Below the pieces are notes generated by a model. That model saw only the letters and a list, made by a program, of their open reading frames with translations, was not told the DNA's origin and did not search any database. DNA of 63,993 bases, filler included, from Dimargaris cristalligena (Eukaryota): NCBI GenBank assembly GCA_003614675.1. It is 3 parts of 3 records of this genome, joined end to end, with 100 filler letters (N's around TTAATTAATTAA, not from the genome) between each part and the next. Parts side by side here need not be neighbours in the genome. Positions count along the whole stretch, not along the records: positions 22,899 to 45,663 come from ML002625.1; positions 45,764 to 63,993 come from ML002773.1; 1 more part is not named here. The stretch is one strand, 5' to 3'. The position numbers and the translations under genes are program-made. This document shows positions 38,432 to 49,749 of this stretch, piece by piece (positions within the stretch are counted from its first letter, which is position 1; every line of letters begins with the position of its first letter).

Positions 38432-41400
38432 ATGTCCGTCCTCCGTTCATCTCCTTCATCCACTGGCGACAATTTAGTCGCCATGTCCTCCTCCACCGAG
38501 ACGTCTCCCCGGGCCACTGACAAAATATGCACACGCTGCGAGAAGCCACTCCCCCGCCATTTCGTACGCGCCTTAAACGCCAGTTATCACCTCGAATGCT
38601 TTACTTGTCTGGTAAGTGCGAACCCCACCCGTTCCCTGAATATATATATATATATATCGTGTCCCTTCCGAATAGGCCACTCCCGGATTCCAGTGATTCA
38701 TTTTTACTCAATGAATGCCAGCCGTCGCCCCTTGGGCTCGGTCCTGAGGACTAAGAGCAGATTGCACGTTATCAAACAGCGTCCGAAATACTATTGTACT
38801 TTGGCTACCATTGTCCTGATTATTATCAATGACTATTCCGCCCTCGCCCAATTTTCCCACTCTGACCTCTTCGCGTTTTCTCACCTCAATCCCGCCATAT
38901 TGATTGTTTACCATTATATATATTAATACTATCTTCTAATCTACCCGGGTTCTCCCTCTAGGTATGCGGCCAAGTCGTGGCTAATCGCTTCTTCCCAATC
39001 ACAGCACCTTCGGGGGAGACGTTTGCGCTCTGCGAAAAGGACTACTACCGGCAACTCGATCTTCTCTGTTACAAGTGCGACCAGCCGCTTCATACGTCTT
39101 ATATATCGGCTGACGACAAGAAGTACCACTTGGATCACTTCACCTGCTCGGTGTGTCCTACCATATTTGGCCCCGATGACGTGTATTACGAGGAAAAGGG
39201 CAACATCTACTGCGGTGAGCATTACGCGCAGATTGCTTCGATAAAGTGCGTCGGGTGCCAATTGGGTATCCTGAAGCAATACATTGAAATCACCACCGAC
39301 ACTGTGGCCGAACCGTGGCACCCCGAGTGCTACATGATTTACAAATTCTGGCACGTCCGAATTGCTCCCCAGGTGTACACCCCTACCAGTCGCCACGAGT
39401 CTATAAGTTCCGGTAAGTTCCTTAGCGGTGACGTGCTCGTAAGGGGGCTCTTGATCTATCCAACTCCACCCCCACCCGCTCGCTTCATTCCATCTGAACA
39501 CCTTACGCATGCATTCCTTTCTATGGTTAAATGGCCGTGGAAAACCCCGCGAAATGAATGGAGTGGGTTCCAGCGGTGCCTTTTAATACATCACACCACA
39601 TGCTGCTTCCCGTCCACTCTGACCGCATCCGCGCCCCCTTCTCCTCTCTTTATTTTGGGGGTGTGCAATCTGTAGTGTATTTTTAGATGATTTTATGCAA
39701 CCTGTCGTTACATGGTGACTTCACATCCCCACCCCCTCCGCCACTATGAGACACGCCGCATATGCACCAGGCGGTTCGTGCATGGTACCGTGGGGGCTGT
39801 TGGGGTGCTGAAATCATCTCTCCCTAACTTCCTCGGTACCTCCCGTTGCTTCGCGATCTACACTAATATTTGCTCCTACCACTATATATCCCCCCTCTCT
39901 TACTGCATCTGTTGGCCACTCCCTTTTATGCCCAACTGCACGGTCACGTCGCGCGGTTGAATAATTCTGATTATGATCCCTCCCCAACAGCCGTTAGCCT
40001 TGATAAAGACCAAATTGTCGACCGTAGACCACCCAGTCTCTCCGCCATTTCAGAGGAACAAATCTACTCCATATGGACTATCCTGTCTACATTTGAGGAG
40101 TCATCGGCCACCTGCATATCCGATATGCTCATTCACGTATCGGATGGGGTTTACGGCGAGGCCCTGAATGTCGCCGAAAAATTCATCATGCATGTCCATA
40201 CTATTTTTACTGCAATTGATGACCTGGAGGACCAGCTGGCCCAGTTTGACGATGCAACCGGTAAGTCTCGTCATTTCTTTTGCACATGTGTGGGATCATG
40301 GGGTTCTGCCATCTGCACCTAGTTTCTATTTTGGTCTCCCCTTCCCTTTCCCACTTTTTCCTGCTCCCTGTCCTCCCTTCACTCTTCTTGATTTTCCGGT
40401 TTCCGCCTTTTTCCAATTCCTTTTCTGAAAGGTTTATCTAACGGCCGTGCTGGTTATTCCGGATGCTACCTACCACGTATCGTTTGTTTGTTGGCCCCCA
40501 ACGAATGTACCGCCTCATTCGGAAATGGGCCAGTGAAGCCAACTTATCTTAGGAGCTCCTAATATCTAGCCCCCTATTTTCCGGGTTGGACCTATCTATT
40601 TCACCCCATCTTTTACCGCGCGCGTGCCGTATTTATTTGGCATTGCTTTTCTCTTCTTGCGTAGGCCTGGTTTAGCTCCGCCATTGCTTGGCATTGACAC
40701 TGGCGCTTGCTATTGTTGAAGTGGTCATCAGGCCTGCTTAAATATTGGTATTTTTAACTATTTGGCTTTTTTTTTTCGCCAACTCTGGGCTACGTGTATT
40801 GGGGGGTTTTATTTTTGGCGAAGGGGCAATTCATGGTTGGTGTCAGACCGGAAGTTTCCGTGGGCTGCCATCCACTCGGCTCCTATATCCTCACCCCCTC
40901 CCCCGCATTCTAAGAGTTTTCCACCACCGACTTCACTTAACTCAACAACTCACCCTCTACTTCTGTAATTATATTATTGCAATTCCCCTCCCCCTTCTAG
41001 GCCTACAACACACGAAGGAACCCAAGATTCTATGCAAAAGAATTATTCGATTTTTCGCCCTGCTATCCAACCCCGAAAGCCCTAACACTAACGGTATTGA
41101 AATGACCGAGGAGCTCCTCTCCTTGGTGACTGGATTGGCGCATTATTTAAAGATGCTTATTCGATCTGCCCTCATGGGCGCCCTTAAGGCTGAGCGGGAA
41201 TATGGCAGTAAAATCTCCCTTAACGGACTACTCCATAAGCTGGCCGAAATCAACGACCGGGAAACGGCCTCGAGTTTCCGCCTTTTGTACCGGGACATTG
41301 GGGTTACTTCAGATCTCTGTGCGTTATGCCAAGTAACCCTGGAGGAGGAGTGTATCTCACACAAATCCCAGCGTTGGCATAAGGCCTGTTTCAACTGTGA

Positions 41401-43357
41401 CCATTGTGGGCGGAATCTCAAAACCCTATACCGCAAGGCCCTCTATGATGAAGCTTCCCGGCGGATATTGTGTACCACTTGTATGCCTGACGAATCAGCG
41501 GAGCAGCAGTTTAATTTTGTCACCCAGCTAGAGCAGTACTCATTTTTGCTCCGGGTTGCCCTTAAACGACTCTATAATCTGCTGAATCGCAAGGGTATAC
41601 GGATGACCGCTTCCCAACGGCATCCGGCCCTCCATGGACCACCCAAGAAGGAAGAGCTCGACGGCATACCCTCATCGTATCCTGAGATTGACCAGCTACC
41701 CCATAAGGTGGACGATAAGTTACCAGAGGAACGGGTTCAAACTGTTTCAGCCCCCGCCGATACCACCCCGCTTACTAACGGCCAGTCCATGCCTAGTGTC
41801 TGTGCCGTCAAAGGGGCACTTGCCACAGTTGATAAAGAATACGAAGACCCCCAGGTTCGAGAGACTCTTCGCAATCCCCCCAGTCCCGCCGACCAAACTG
41901 TTGCGACCATCCCGGACAGCCCCGGTCACCAAGCCGACCTGAAGCGGAGACCCACTCTTGAACGGCACAGTGTCCATGAGGACGCTGTCAAACTGATTGT
42001 CATTAGCGACCACCCATCCGATGCCGCCGCGGAGCTGGACACCGTGCCACCCAAGGATACTCTAGCAGCGGAGGGGGCTCGTCCAGTGGAGGTGTTTCGC
42101 GATCCCCAGTTCTACCGACCCACCGTGGTTGAACAAGCGGCCCATTGGCCCACTCGGCCGAATGAGCAGCAGTACCACCGATCTTTATACCCCCGATCCC
42201 AAACGGATGGCTCCCTTCCAGTGGGCCACGCAAAGGAAGTGGCCGAACGGTCCGAATCACAACCCTCCGATGCGGCCGACCGACGGTCGCTTCCCCCGAA
42301 CTCACGGGGACCCGCTCCCATGGATATACCACCCGTCCCCCCACCAAAATCCACTGGCAAGAAAACGTTGCTGTGTGATCTGAGCCCCCTCGAACACTTT
42401 GTGGCCAAGCACGTGGCCGTACTGCAACTAATGCCCCTGGTCCAGACCTATGTTACGCCCGACGAGCTTCTGTCGATGGTCGGATCACGGAAACAGTCCA
42501 TCTGGACCCGCCTCAAGGCGAACATGAACCAAACCAAGAAACCCAAGGGCAAGGTGAAAGATGTGGTATTCGGGGCCTCCATCGAGGAACTGGTGGAGCG
42601 GCAGGGCGTCGAGTCACAGCACACCACTGTCTCCACTTTTGTTCGCGTCCCCCTCTTCGTGGAACTCTGTACGGACGCCCTCAAATCCAAGAATTTGGGG
42701 GTGGAGGGCATTTTCCGGAAAAATGGTAACATCCGCCGGTTGCGGGAATTATCCGACGCGATTGACAATGACATTCACTCGGTGGACCTATCGAATGAAA
42801 CGGCCGTTCAGTGTGCCGCTCTAATGAAGAAGTTCTTCCGTGAGATGGCCGAACCCCTTCTCACGTTCAAATTACACAAACTATTCCTGGCGTGTGATAA
42901 AATCAAGGATGAACAGGATCAACGACGGGCCTACCACTACGCCTGCTGTCTGCTCCCGATGCCCAACCGGGACTGCATTGAAGTCCTGTTCGGCCTACTC
43001 CGGTTCGTCGCCCAGTACGCCCATATTGGGGCCGAAGAGGGCAGTCTCATGGACCTGGGCAACTTGTGTACGGTCGTAACCCCTAATATTCTGTACTCAA
43101 GTTCGAAGGACCCGCTCAAGGACGATTCATTTGCCGCCATCCAAGTCATTTACAACCTATTGCAGAACCAGGACCGGTATTGGAATATCCCCTCCGATAT
43201 TGCGCTCGTGCTGCAGCAGGAACAGCGCATGGGCGAGAATCTGAGTATTTTACACTCGAAGGATATTCTAAAACGGGTTGAGCATGTATTTAGGAGCATG
43301 AAGAAGTCACAGTCGAATGTTGATTCGGTAGGAGATAGGGCCAAAAGTCCCTATTAG
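38432..43357 (+). CDS. LRG1: LIM-domain Rho GTPase-activating protein (Lrg1/Rga1 type)
   Basis: Exons 38432 (or 38483)-38611, 38962-39412, 39991-40260, 41001-43357. LIM motifs CTRC...YHLECFTC, LCEKDYYRQLDLLC, WHPECYMIYKFW; FEESSATCISDML; RhoGAP motifs VEGIFRKNGNIRRL, AALMKKFFREMAEPLLTF, MDLGNLCTVVTPNIL. Confidence 0.92.
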
Positions 43358-44435
43358 CCGTGACTGTCGTTCACCCTCGCCTTGGCCTCTCGCTTTTTTC
43401 CTCCCACTTGGTTGCACTTCACTATATATGTTCATTACATTGATATTTCGCCTTCTTTCCATATACATATATATAAACACATTCGTTTTCCATTTTTCCA
43501 TTTTTTTTTCTTCTATAAATTTCTTTCGGCTCCTCTTCTTCTCCCCCTTCCAGCACGCTCTCCTCACTTACTTTGACTTGACTTGACTTGACTCAACCTG
43601 TCTCACTGACGGGCGGGCCCATCTCCCGGACCGTACATTATTACTATTGTATCACCTATTATAGGTGCTTTTGTATTGCATCTTCCCTTTCTCACACCTT
43701 TCCCCTGCTTCTTATTATGTTTGGTTCTTTTTTATTTTCGTTCATTCTTAATTTTTAATATTCACTTGGGTTCTTCTTGACCATTACTACCATATCATCG
43801 TTAATTCCATGATTATTATTCCTATTAAGTTTACTATTACTACTATTATATACTACATCCGACCGTTTTGTTAATTCACTAATATTGAGTTGTATATCCA
43901 TCAGTTCTTTTTTATTGTCAAACTTAAAGGGAACTGCAGCGCACGCATTAAATTTGTTGAAGAGATATTGAAGTTGGGGGGGGGGGGGGGCGGATCTCAT
44001 AATGCTGAATATGGAATGCTGTCGAGTCATCTATCTTAAAAATAATTAACCACCGTATTGTACTGACTATAAATGGCTGGGCAGTATTGGTTAGTACTCC
44101 TTGTGCTGTATTTACGATAGCATTCAGTCCATATACGTAAACCGTCCAGCACTAGCATTGTCCATTGCCTCATTTAACATATTATATAACCTTATGACAA
44201 TTTGAGCTGAGGTAAAAAGTGGGGTAATACAACCCTCAGGGGCGCGCCATTGACAAATAAACTCATATTTTATATTTACAGCCAAACTCTTCTCAATAGT
44301 CCATTGGTAACTCTTGAGCTCACACACAGCAGTGTTAGGGTTAGTTAGTAGAATTGCAGAAACTAATAAAAACATGTTTTTGATTTATCTAAATATATAT
44401 CAGGATAAATCATCCAACAATGAACAAAAAGCGAA

Positions 44436-44507
44436 AGGACCCACCCGGAATTGAACCGGGGACCTATTGATCTGCAGTCAATTGCTCTACCGCTGAGCTA
44501 TAAGTCC
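44436..44507 (-). tRNA. tRNA-Cys(GCA), intronless
   Basis: GGACTTATAGCTCAGCGGTAGAGCAATTGACTGCAGATCAATAGGTCCCCGGTTCAATTCCGGGTGGGTCCT folds as a cloverleaf with anticodon GCA and discriminator U73; T5 Pol III terminator just downstream (44426-44430). Confidence 0.97.
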
Positions 44508-44528
44508 ATCTTCTTTTTAGTTGTGTGT

Positions 44529-45322
44529 TGTGACAGGTACTGAACACCCTTAAGCTTTGGTGATGTCACCGATGATGTACCTAACGTCCATTAATCAAAT
44601 TACTACCGTTTTACTATATTTAGCTTAGTTTATCAATTGCAATGTCATATCATAGCTATATCCATTTATCACCTTCTATATCATAGTTATATTTCGTTTA
44701 TCACTTTCTGTTTTCATTCATCTCTTTATATATCATTAGTGCAGCGTATTTACCTTTTATCTGAAGTATACAATAGCAGAACCAGCGTAGATAGAATCAT
44801 CTATTATATTTACTGCCCAATATTTTCAGGGTATAAATACCCCTTCAAATCGCAACCTGAATAAAACATCTTCATTAGACCCCAACACTTTACACTCCAA
44901 ATACTCAACTTGCTAATCCAAGTCTCTTCCAGTTCCCATGAGAGTCTTCCTGATGCAAAGCTGTCTGGTCAGAGTCTTTACCTATCTCTACTTTAGTCTT
45001 AGTAACATTTCCCTTGGGACCTCCCTCTGGAGCTATCCCTACATATATAATCAGGCCCAGTGGGGCCTGGTTCAACTCTTTAGCTTATTCATATCCCCCA
45101 GTTTACCTCAATATACTCTATATATACTCACCCCCCCCTTGTACTTACTAGTAAGTATGCCTGCTGCACATCTCTAATATTTACCTGCATTTGTCCCTTA
45201 TTAGTTAGTACTACACCCATCCTAATGCTAGTAGCCTGCTTGGCTGAGCCTAAGCCCCATCTACTGTTAGAAGCCTATCCTCGGGACTCTTGATGGACTA
45301 AGAGTGGTTAACCCAGGTGACA
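44529..45322 (+). mobile_element. Putative solo LTR (copy B) between two tRNA-Cys genes
   Basis: Right end CCAGGTGACA (45322) is fixed by loss of similarity with copy A. Candidate left ends are TGTGACAGG (44529) or TGTCACC (44564, a perfect 7-bp inverted match to the right end). No target-site duplication recognised. Confidence 0.55.
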
Positions 45323-45447
45323 ACAAGAAACTATTAATACTCTTTCCCATTACTTGTATATAGCACACAACTATTCTATAAATTAAGAGGAGTACTCTAT
45401 ATATAGCACGCCAGCCAAAAAAAACTGTAACAATTTTTAAAAAGTTA

Positions 45448-45519
45448 AGGACCCACCCGGAATTGAACCAGGGACCTATTGATCTGCAGTCAATTGCTCT
45501 ACCGCTGAGCTATAAGTCC
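45448..45519 (-). tRNA. tRNA-Cys(GCA), second copy
   Basis: Identical to 44436-44507 except one C>T in the T-stem (position 45470), which gives a U:G wobble; T5 tract downstream. Confidence 0.95.
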
Positions 45520-45663
45520 TTACTGACAAATGTTGTGGTGTGGCAGAATGACTAATATAATAATAGGCGAGAATGCTCTATTGTCAAAAGATATAGTAAA
45601 ATCGGACTCAAGATAACTGTAGGCAAAACTGCCGGTACAGTTCAGAAGAATGAAAAAAGAGAT

Positions 45664-45763
45664 NNNNNNNNNNNNNNNNNNNNNNNNNNNNNNNNNNNNN
45701 NNNNNNNTTAATTAATTAANNNNNNNNNNNNNNNNNNNNNNNNNNNNNNNNNNNNNNNNNNNN
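45664..45763. other. Artificial contig-joining spacer (N44-TTAATTAATTAA-N44)
   Basis: Same 100-bp linker as 22799-22898. Confidence 0.97.
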
Positions 45764-45799
45764 AACGGCCTAGCCATCGAATGGCTGATAACTGGGTGG

Positions 45800-45842
45800 G
45801 AAAAGATGAAGACTAATACTTGGTGATGTTCTTCATCTTTTC
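45800..45842. repeat. Perfect 13-bp inverted repeat near contig start
   Basis: GAAAAGATGAAGA (45800-45812) and TCTTCATCTTTTC (45830-45842), 17-nt spacer. Confidence 0.85.
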
Positions 45843-46838
45843 TAAACTAAAAATAGTTTGGCCGGGATATGCTATTAGAGTTTAAGCAGGCCTGGCAAAA
45901 ACAAATGTAAGATATCAAAATTTTTGTGTAGGATAATCTGTGCTATTATGGCTGGGCAGTATGCCCCTGTAGCCATTGGAATTGGGTAATGTTATACCAT
46001 AGTATCTTTCCATGATTTCACCTAGCAGCTTTATTTTCAGCTACCTACCCCAGGTTAACACTTAAGGGACTCATTGGCTATACCTTCAAGTACCTCGGCT
46101 GCTATTTCTGGATAGCCTAGTGACATCTCTTTGTATAAATATTTCCCCAAATTAAATCATATATTTCTGTACCCAGAATAAGTCTGGTGTCTCTCAGTAA
46201 ATCTGGATTCGCATGTCACTAGTTTGAATCAGTATATTAGTATCCTATTCCTTAAAGTGAATCCCATTTAACTAACATATGGGAGAAGTTCATTTAAGCT
46301 GTATAACGAAAAATCCATTAGATGGGGCCAACATTACTGGTTAAAATGGTTACTCCCGCATACTATCCCATACACAAATCATGTAAAACTATATATAGCT
46401 GGCTTGAATTTCGCCCATATATTCTCCAATTGGGCAGGGTCTATCCCGGCAAGCAAAAAGGGAGGGGTGAATTTCTCCCACCGTGGGATATATATTTGTA
46501 TTATATTTTTACAGTGGACTGTGAATTAGTTGGCTGCAACTTTATTGACTGGCAATAGACCTGAAGCTTACCCGAAGAAAAAAAAACGACTGTAATTGTC
46601 AGTCAAAAAAAATATTGCGGTTAGCGATCTGCTTAGGAATGACTAATGTTGACAGTACTATCCAGCTGCAACTTTGGACCCAGTGAGCTCGACAACTTCC
46701 TAGACTACTACAGTATTATCCCGTTGATACTCCTTCACCCAGCTGCCGTTTCCTCTGGTCTCTCATTCAATTGCCTTTCTTCTTTGTCCAGCGCCGTTCC
46801 AGTTCGAACGACCCCTATATAATACTCGACCTCCAAAC

Positions 46839-48121
46839 ATGCTTCGCGTCGTGTAAGTCACCGAAGCCTCTTCGGGGTAGCCATTTAGCCTCCTCTTGCA
46901 GCAGCATTCGTAGCATTCCATTGAGAAGACCCCATTCGCCCGCCAACTTCAACCGTGAATCGTCCCATTAATTCCCCGAATCCCCACATTTATTTTTCCT
47001 AACCCCCCTACTATAACTCCGTAATATCCATACCTGACCCATAGCAAGCCCAAGAACTCCCGCTCCAAGCGGTTCTTAGACAACCGGGAGGCCAAGGCCG
47101 TTGAAAACGTCAAAACCGCGCTCGTTCTGCGTGGCTCAAACACTAGCGAGATCGTCAAGGAAGCTTTGGCCGACCTTGTAAGTACCCGTTACTCCCCTGT
47201 CACTATTTTCGATTTATGCAGGTACACTATCCAGCATATAGTCTAGAATACGGTAGGCCACACGAGTTACTAATCTTTATTGTATGGCTTAACCTTCCCC
47301 TACATAATTATATATCCAACGGATAGTATGCGCTCAAAAAGCCCGACGCCGTTTCGTTCAGCAAAAAAAATGAAATTCACCCCTTCGACGACCAGGCCCC
47401 CCTGGAGGCTCTTCTGCGCAAGAACGACACTTCCCTCTTTCTTCTGGGCACCCATAGTAAGAAGCGCCCCCATAACCTGGTGTTCGGCCGGGCCTTTGAC
47501 CACCAGATCCTGGATATGATCGAAGTTGGAATTGAGTACGCCATTCCCGGCTACGTTTTCGCCGACGCCAAGTGTGCCGTAGGTGCCCGCCCCCTCTTTC
47601 TCTTCCAGGGTGAAGCCTTTGACCAGCGCGAAGAGTACCGTGCGTTCAAAAACCTCCTCATCGATTTCTTCCACGGTGAATTCACGGACGGTATCGACCT
47701 TCATGGTATACAGCACATGATTTCCGTGACCGCCGGTCCCCTGCCCGCCGACGAATCCGAGTCTGGTGTGATTTACTTCCGGGTGCTCTCCATCGAACTC
47801 AAAAAGTCCGGCACCAAGAACCCCCGGGTCGAAACCACCGAAATGGGCCCCGCCCTGGACTTCCGTATCCGCCGCACCAAGTTGGCCGATATGAACACCT
47901 GGCGCCAGGCCACCCGAGTACCGCGTGAAATGCACGCCCGGAATGTCAAGAACATCAACCGGGACGGTATGGGCGATACTTACGGCCGTATTCATTTGGG
48001 TGAACAGAAGCTGGATGAGATTCAGACTCGAAAGATGAAGGCCCTTAAGCTGACCCGCCAGGAGAAGAAGTCCCAGCAGAATGATGCCGAGGGCGACGAC
48101 GGCTCTATGAATGTGGAGTAA
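46839..48121 (+). CDS. RPF2: Ribosome biogenesis Brix-domain protein RPF2
   Basis: Exons 46839-46852 (14-nt first exon), 47045-47177, 47327-48121. MLRVVKPKNSRSKRFL, ENVKTAL, ALKKP...FSKKNEIHPFDD, HSKKRPHNL, PRVETTEMGP, GRIHLGEQKL..IQTRKMKALK. Confidence 0.96.
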
Positions 48122-48825
48122 ACGTTCGTTGGGCGGGATACTGGGTGTGGACCCATTAACTAATGTGGAATTTCCTTTACTGTTACTACCATCAAAAATT
48201 ATGCATTTTATATAAAGTATACTCGGACCACTTGTTTCCTTTCTAGAAATTATAACCGGAGCCCCCTATGCCCGAATAATGGATGGGCCAGTGATTCCAG
48301 CGCCTGACTAGGCTTCCATTTTTTTTTAAAAAAAAAAGCACGCCAGTGGCGCCTGGTTGAAGACGGTTTCAATTTGCAGATGTTAAGTTACTACACTCTA
48401 TACTGATAGGTGTGGTGGTCTAGAAGTTGCTGACAAACGCATCCTCGGTAAAACAGGCAGGTATGCCTTAGTAAAGCCGCCCTATTTCACTTCTCTGCGG
48501 CATACTTTTCCGTTTTCTACGGGAAATGGGATGGGACGCCTTCAACGTAAGTTTATAGAAATACATATGAGTTTTGCGGATATTAGAGTAGGCCGACGAT
48601 GGCAATGGAAAAGGAGGTCGGGTAATTGTATAACATAAGTGGGTGTGGATGGAGGATGGACAGGTGTGGTTGAAACCAGCGGCAACAGAAAAATCAAAAT
48701 AGAATTGGAAGAGAGAGAGTGTGTGTGAGAGAGATATTTCGCTGGTAAGTAATTGGACTGGGGCATCAATTCAACGAGCAGAGGTCTACAACCACAGTCA
48801 CCCATATTCTCATTAAGAGGGCCAA

Positions 48826-49749
48826 CTAGGGTAAGGACATAAAACTATGCGCACCAAGAGCATTCTTGCGGCAAATAATACGCCGGATAAGGCCAATAGT
48901 ATGCACTATGAGGCCAATGGCCACGACGCCCCCGTAGATATACGCACCCAGCGGCTGGACCACTAGCACCGTTCCGTAAGGGTTGCTTTCGACCTTTTTG
49001 CGCCGCTTCGCTACTTCCTCGACGGCTTCTGTGGCAGCACTGTCCCCGTCACCATCGTCGTTCGCGGCCAGTGTGTCGGGAGCGTTGGGTGGTAAACTCC
49101 GGGATTTGGGCTCGGTAAAGGATTCATCCGGTTTCCGACTGAGATTGCTGAATTGGTTAGGTGGGGTAGTCGGTACATTGGGTTGGGAAGCGATAACCAC
49201 CGCCTGCCGTTTAAGGGCCAATTCCTCTGTCCGGCTGGTAAACGAGGGCTTGGCATTGTCGTATACTCTAAAGGCGCCCGGGGTGGTCGCGAGAGTAGTG
49301 GTGGCCTCGGCCATGAACACGCTCGGGTCGGTACTGAAATTGATACGGTAAATGACCGGTAAGTCCTGGAGAGCGAGATGGGTAAGGGCGAAGTAGTTGG
49401 AGTGGGACGACGAGCTCTCGAGGGTACCGGCCGACGAACTGAATCCGGTGACGGTAAGGTTATTAGTGAGGCGGAACTGTAGCTCGACGCTCCACTGTTC
49501 GGAGGCGGGAACGAAGGACGGTGGGGAGGTTAGGTTAGCGATAATGGATGATAATTGGACCGTCGCACCAAACTGGCCTTTGGCGCTGTCCACCCACTGG
49601 ATATCGTAGGATAGGTTAAAGGTCGGTTTGGGGCCCGAGTCTTGCCGAGGAAAGATATGGGCGCCTGACGACGAACACAAAATATATAGCCAACATATAA
49701 GCCACGGAAAAAGGGGGAAGGGCCACCGGGGGGGCAAAGACGAAATCAT
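48826..49749 (-). CDS. Predicted type I membrane protein with a beta-rich, CBM-like ectodomain
   Basis: Long single-exon ORF; likely start MISSLPPRW... with a hydrophobic signal, beta-strand-like ectodomain with N-glycosylation sequons (NLS, NLT, NFS), low-complexity stalk, and C-terminal TM LGAYIYGGVVAIGLIVHTIGLI followed by RR. Confidence 0.7.
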   Translation of the reverse strand: MISSLPPRWPFPLFPWLICWLYILCSSSGAHIFPRQDSGPKPTFNLSYDIQWVDSAKGQFGATVQLSSIIANLTSPPSFVPASEQWSVELQFRLTNNLTVTGFSSSAGTLESSSSHSNYFALTHLALQDLPVIYRINFSTDPSVFMAEATTTLATTPGAFRVYDNAKPSFTSRTEELALKRQAVVIASQPNVPTTPPNQFSNLSRKPDESFTEPKSRSLPPNAPDTLAANDDGDGDSAATEAVEEVAKRRKKVESNPYGTVLVVQPLGAYIYGGVVAIGLIVHTIGLIRRIICRKNALGAHSFMSLP

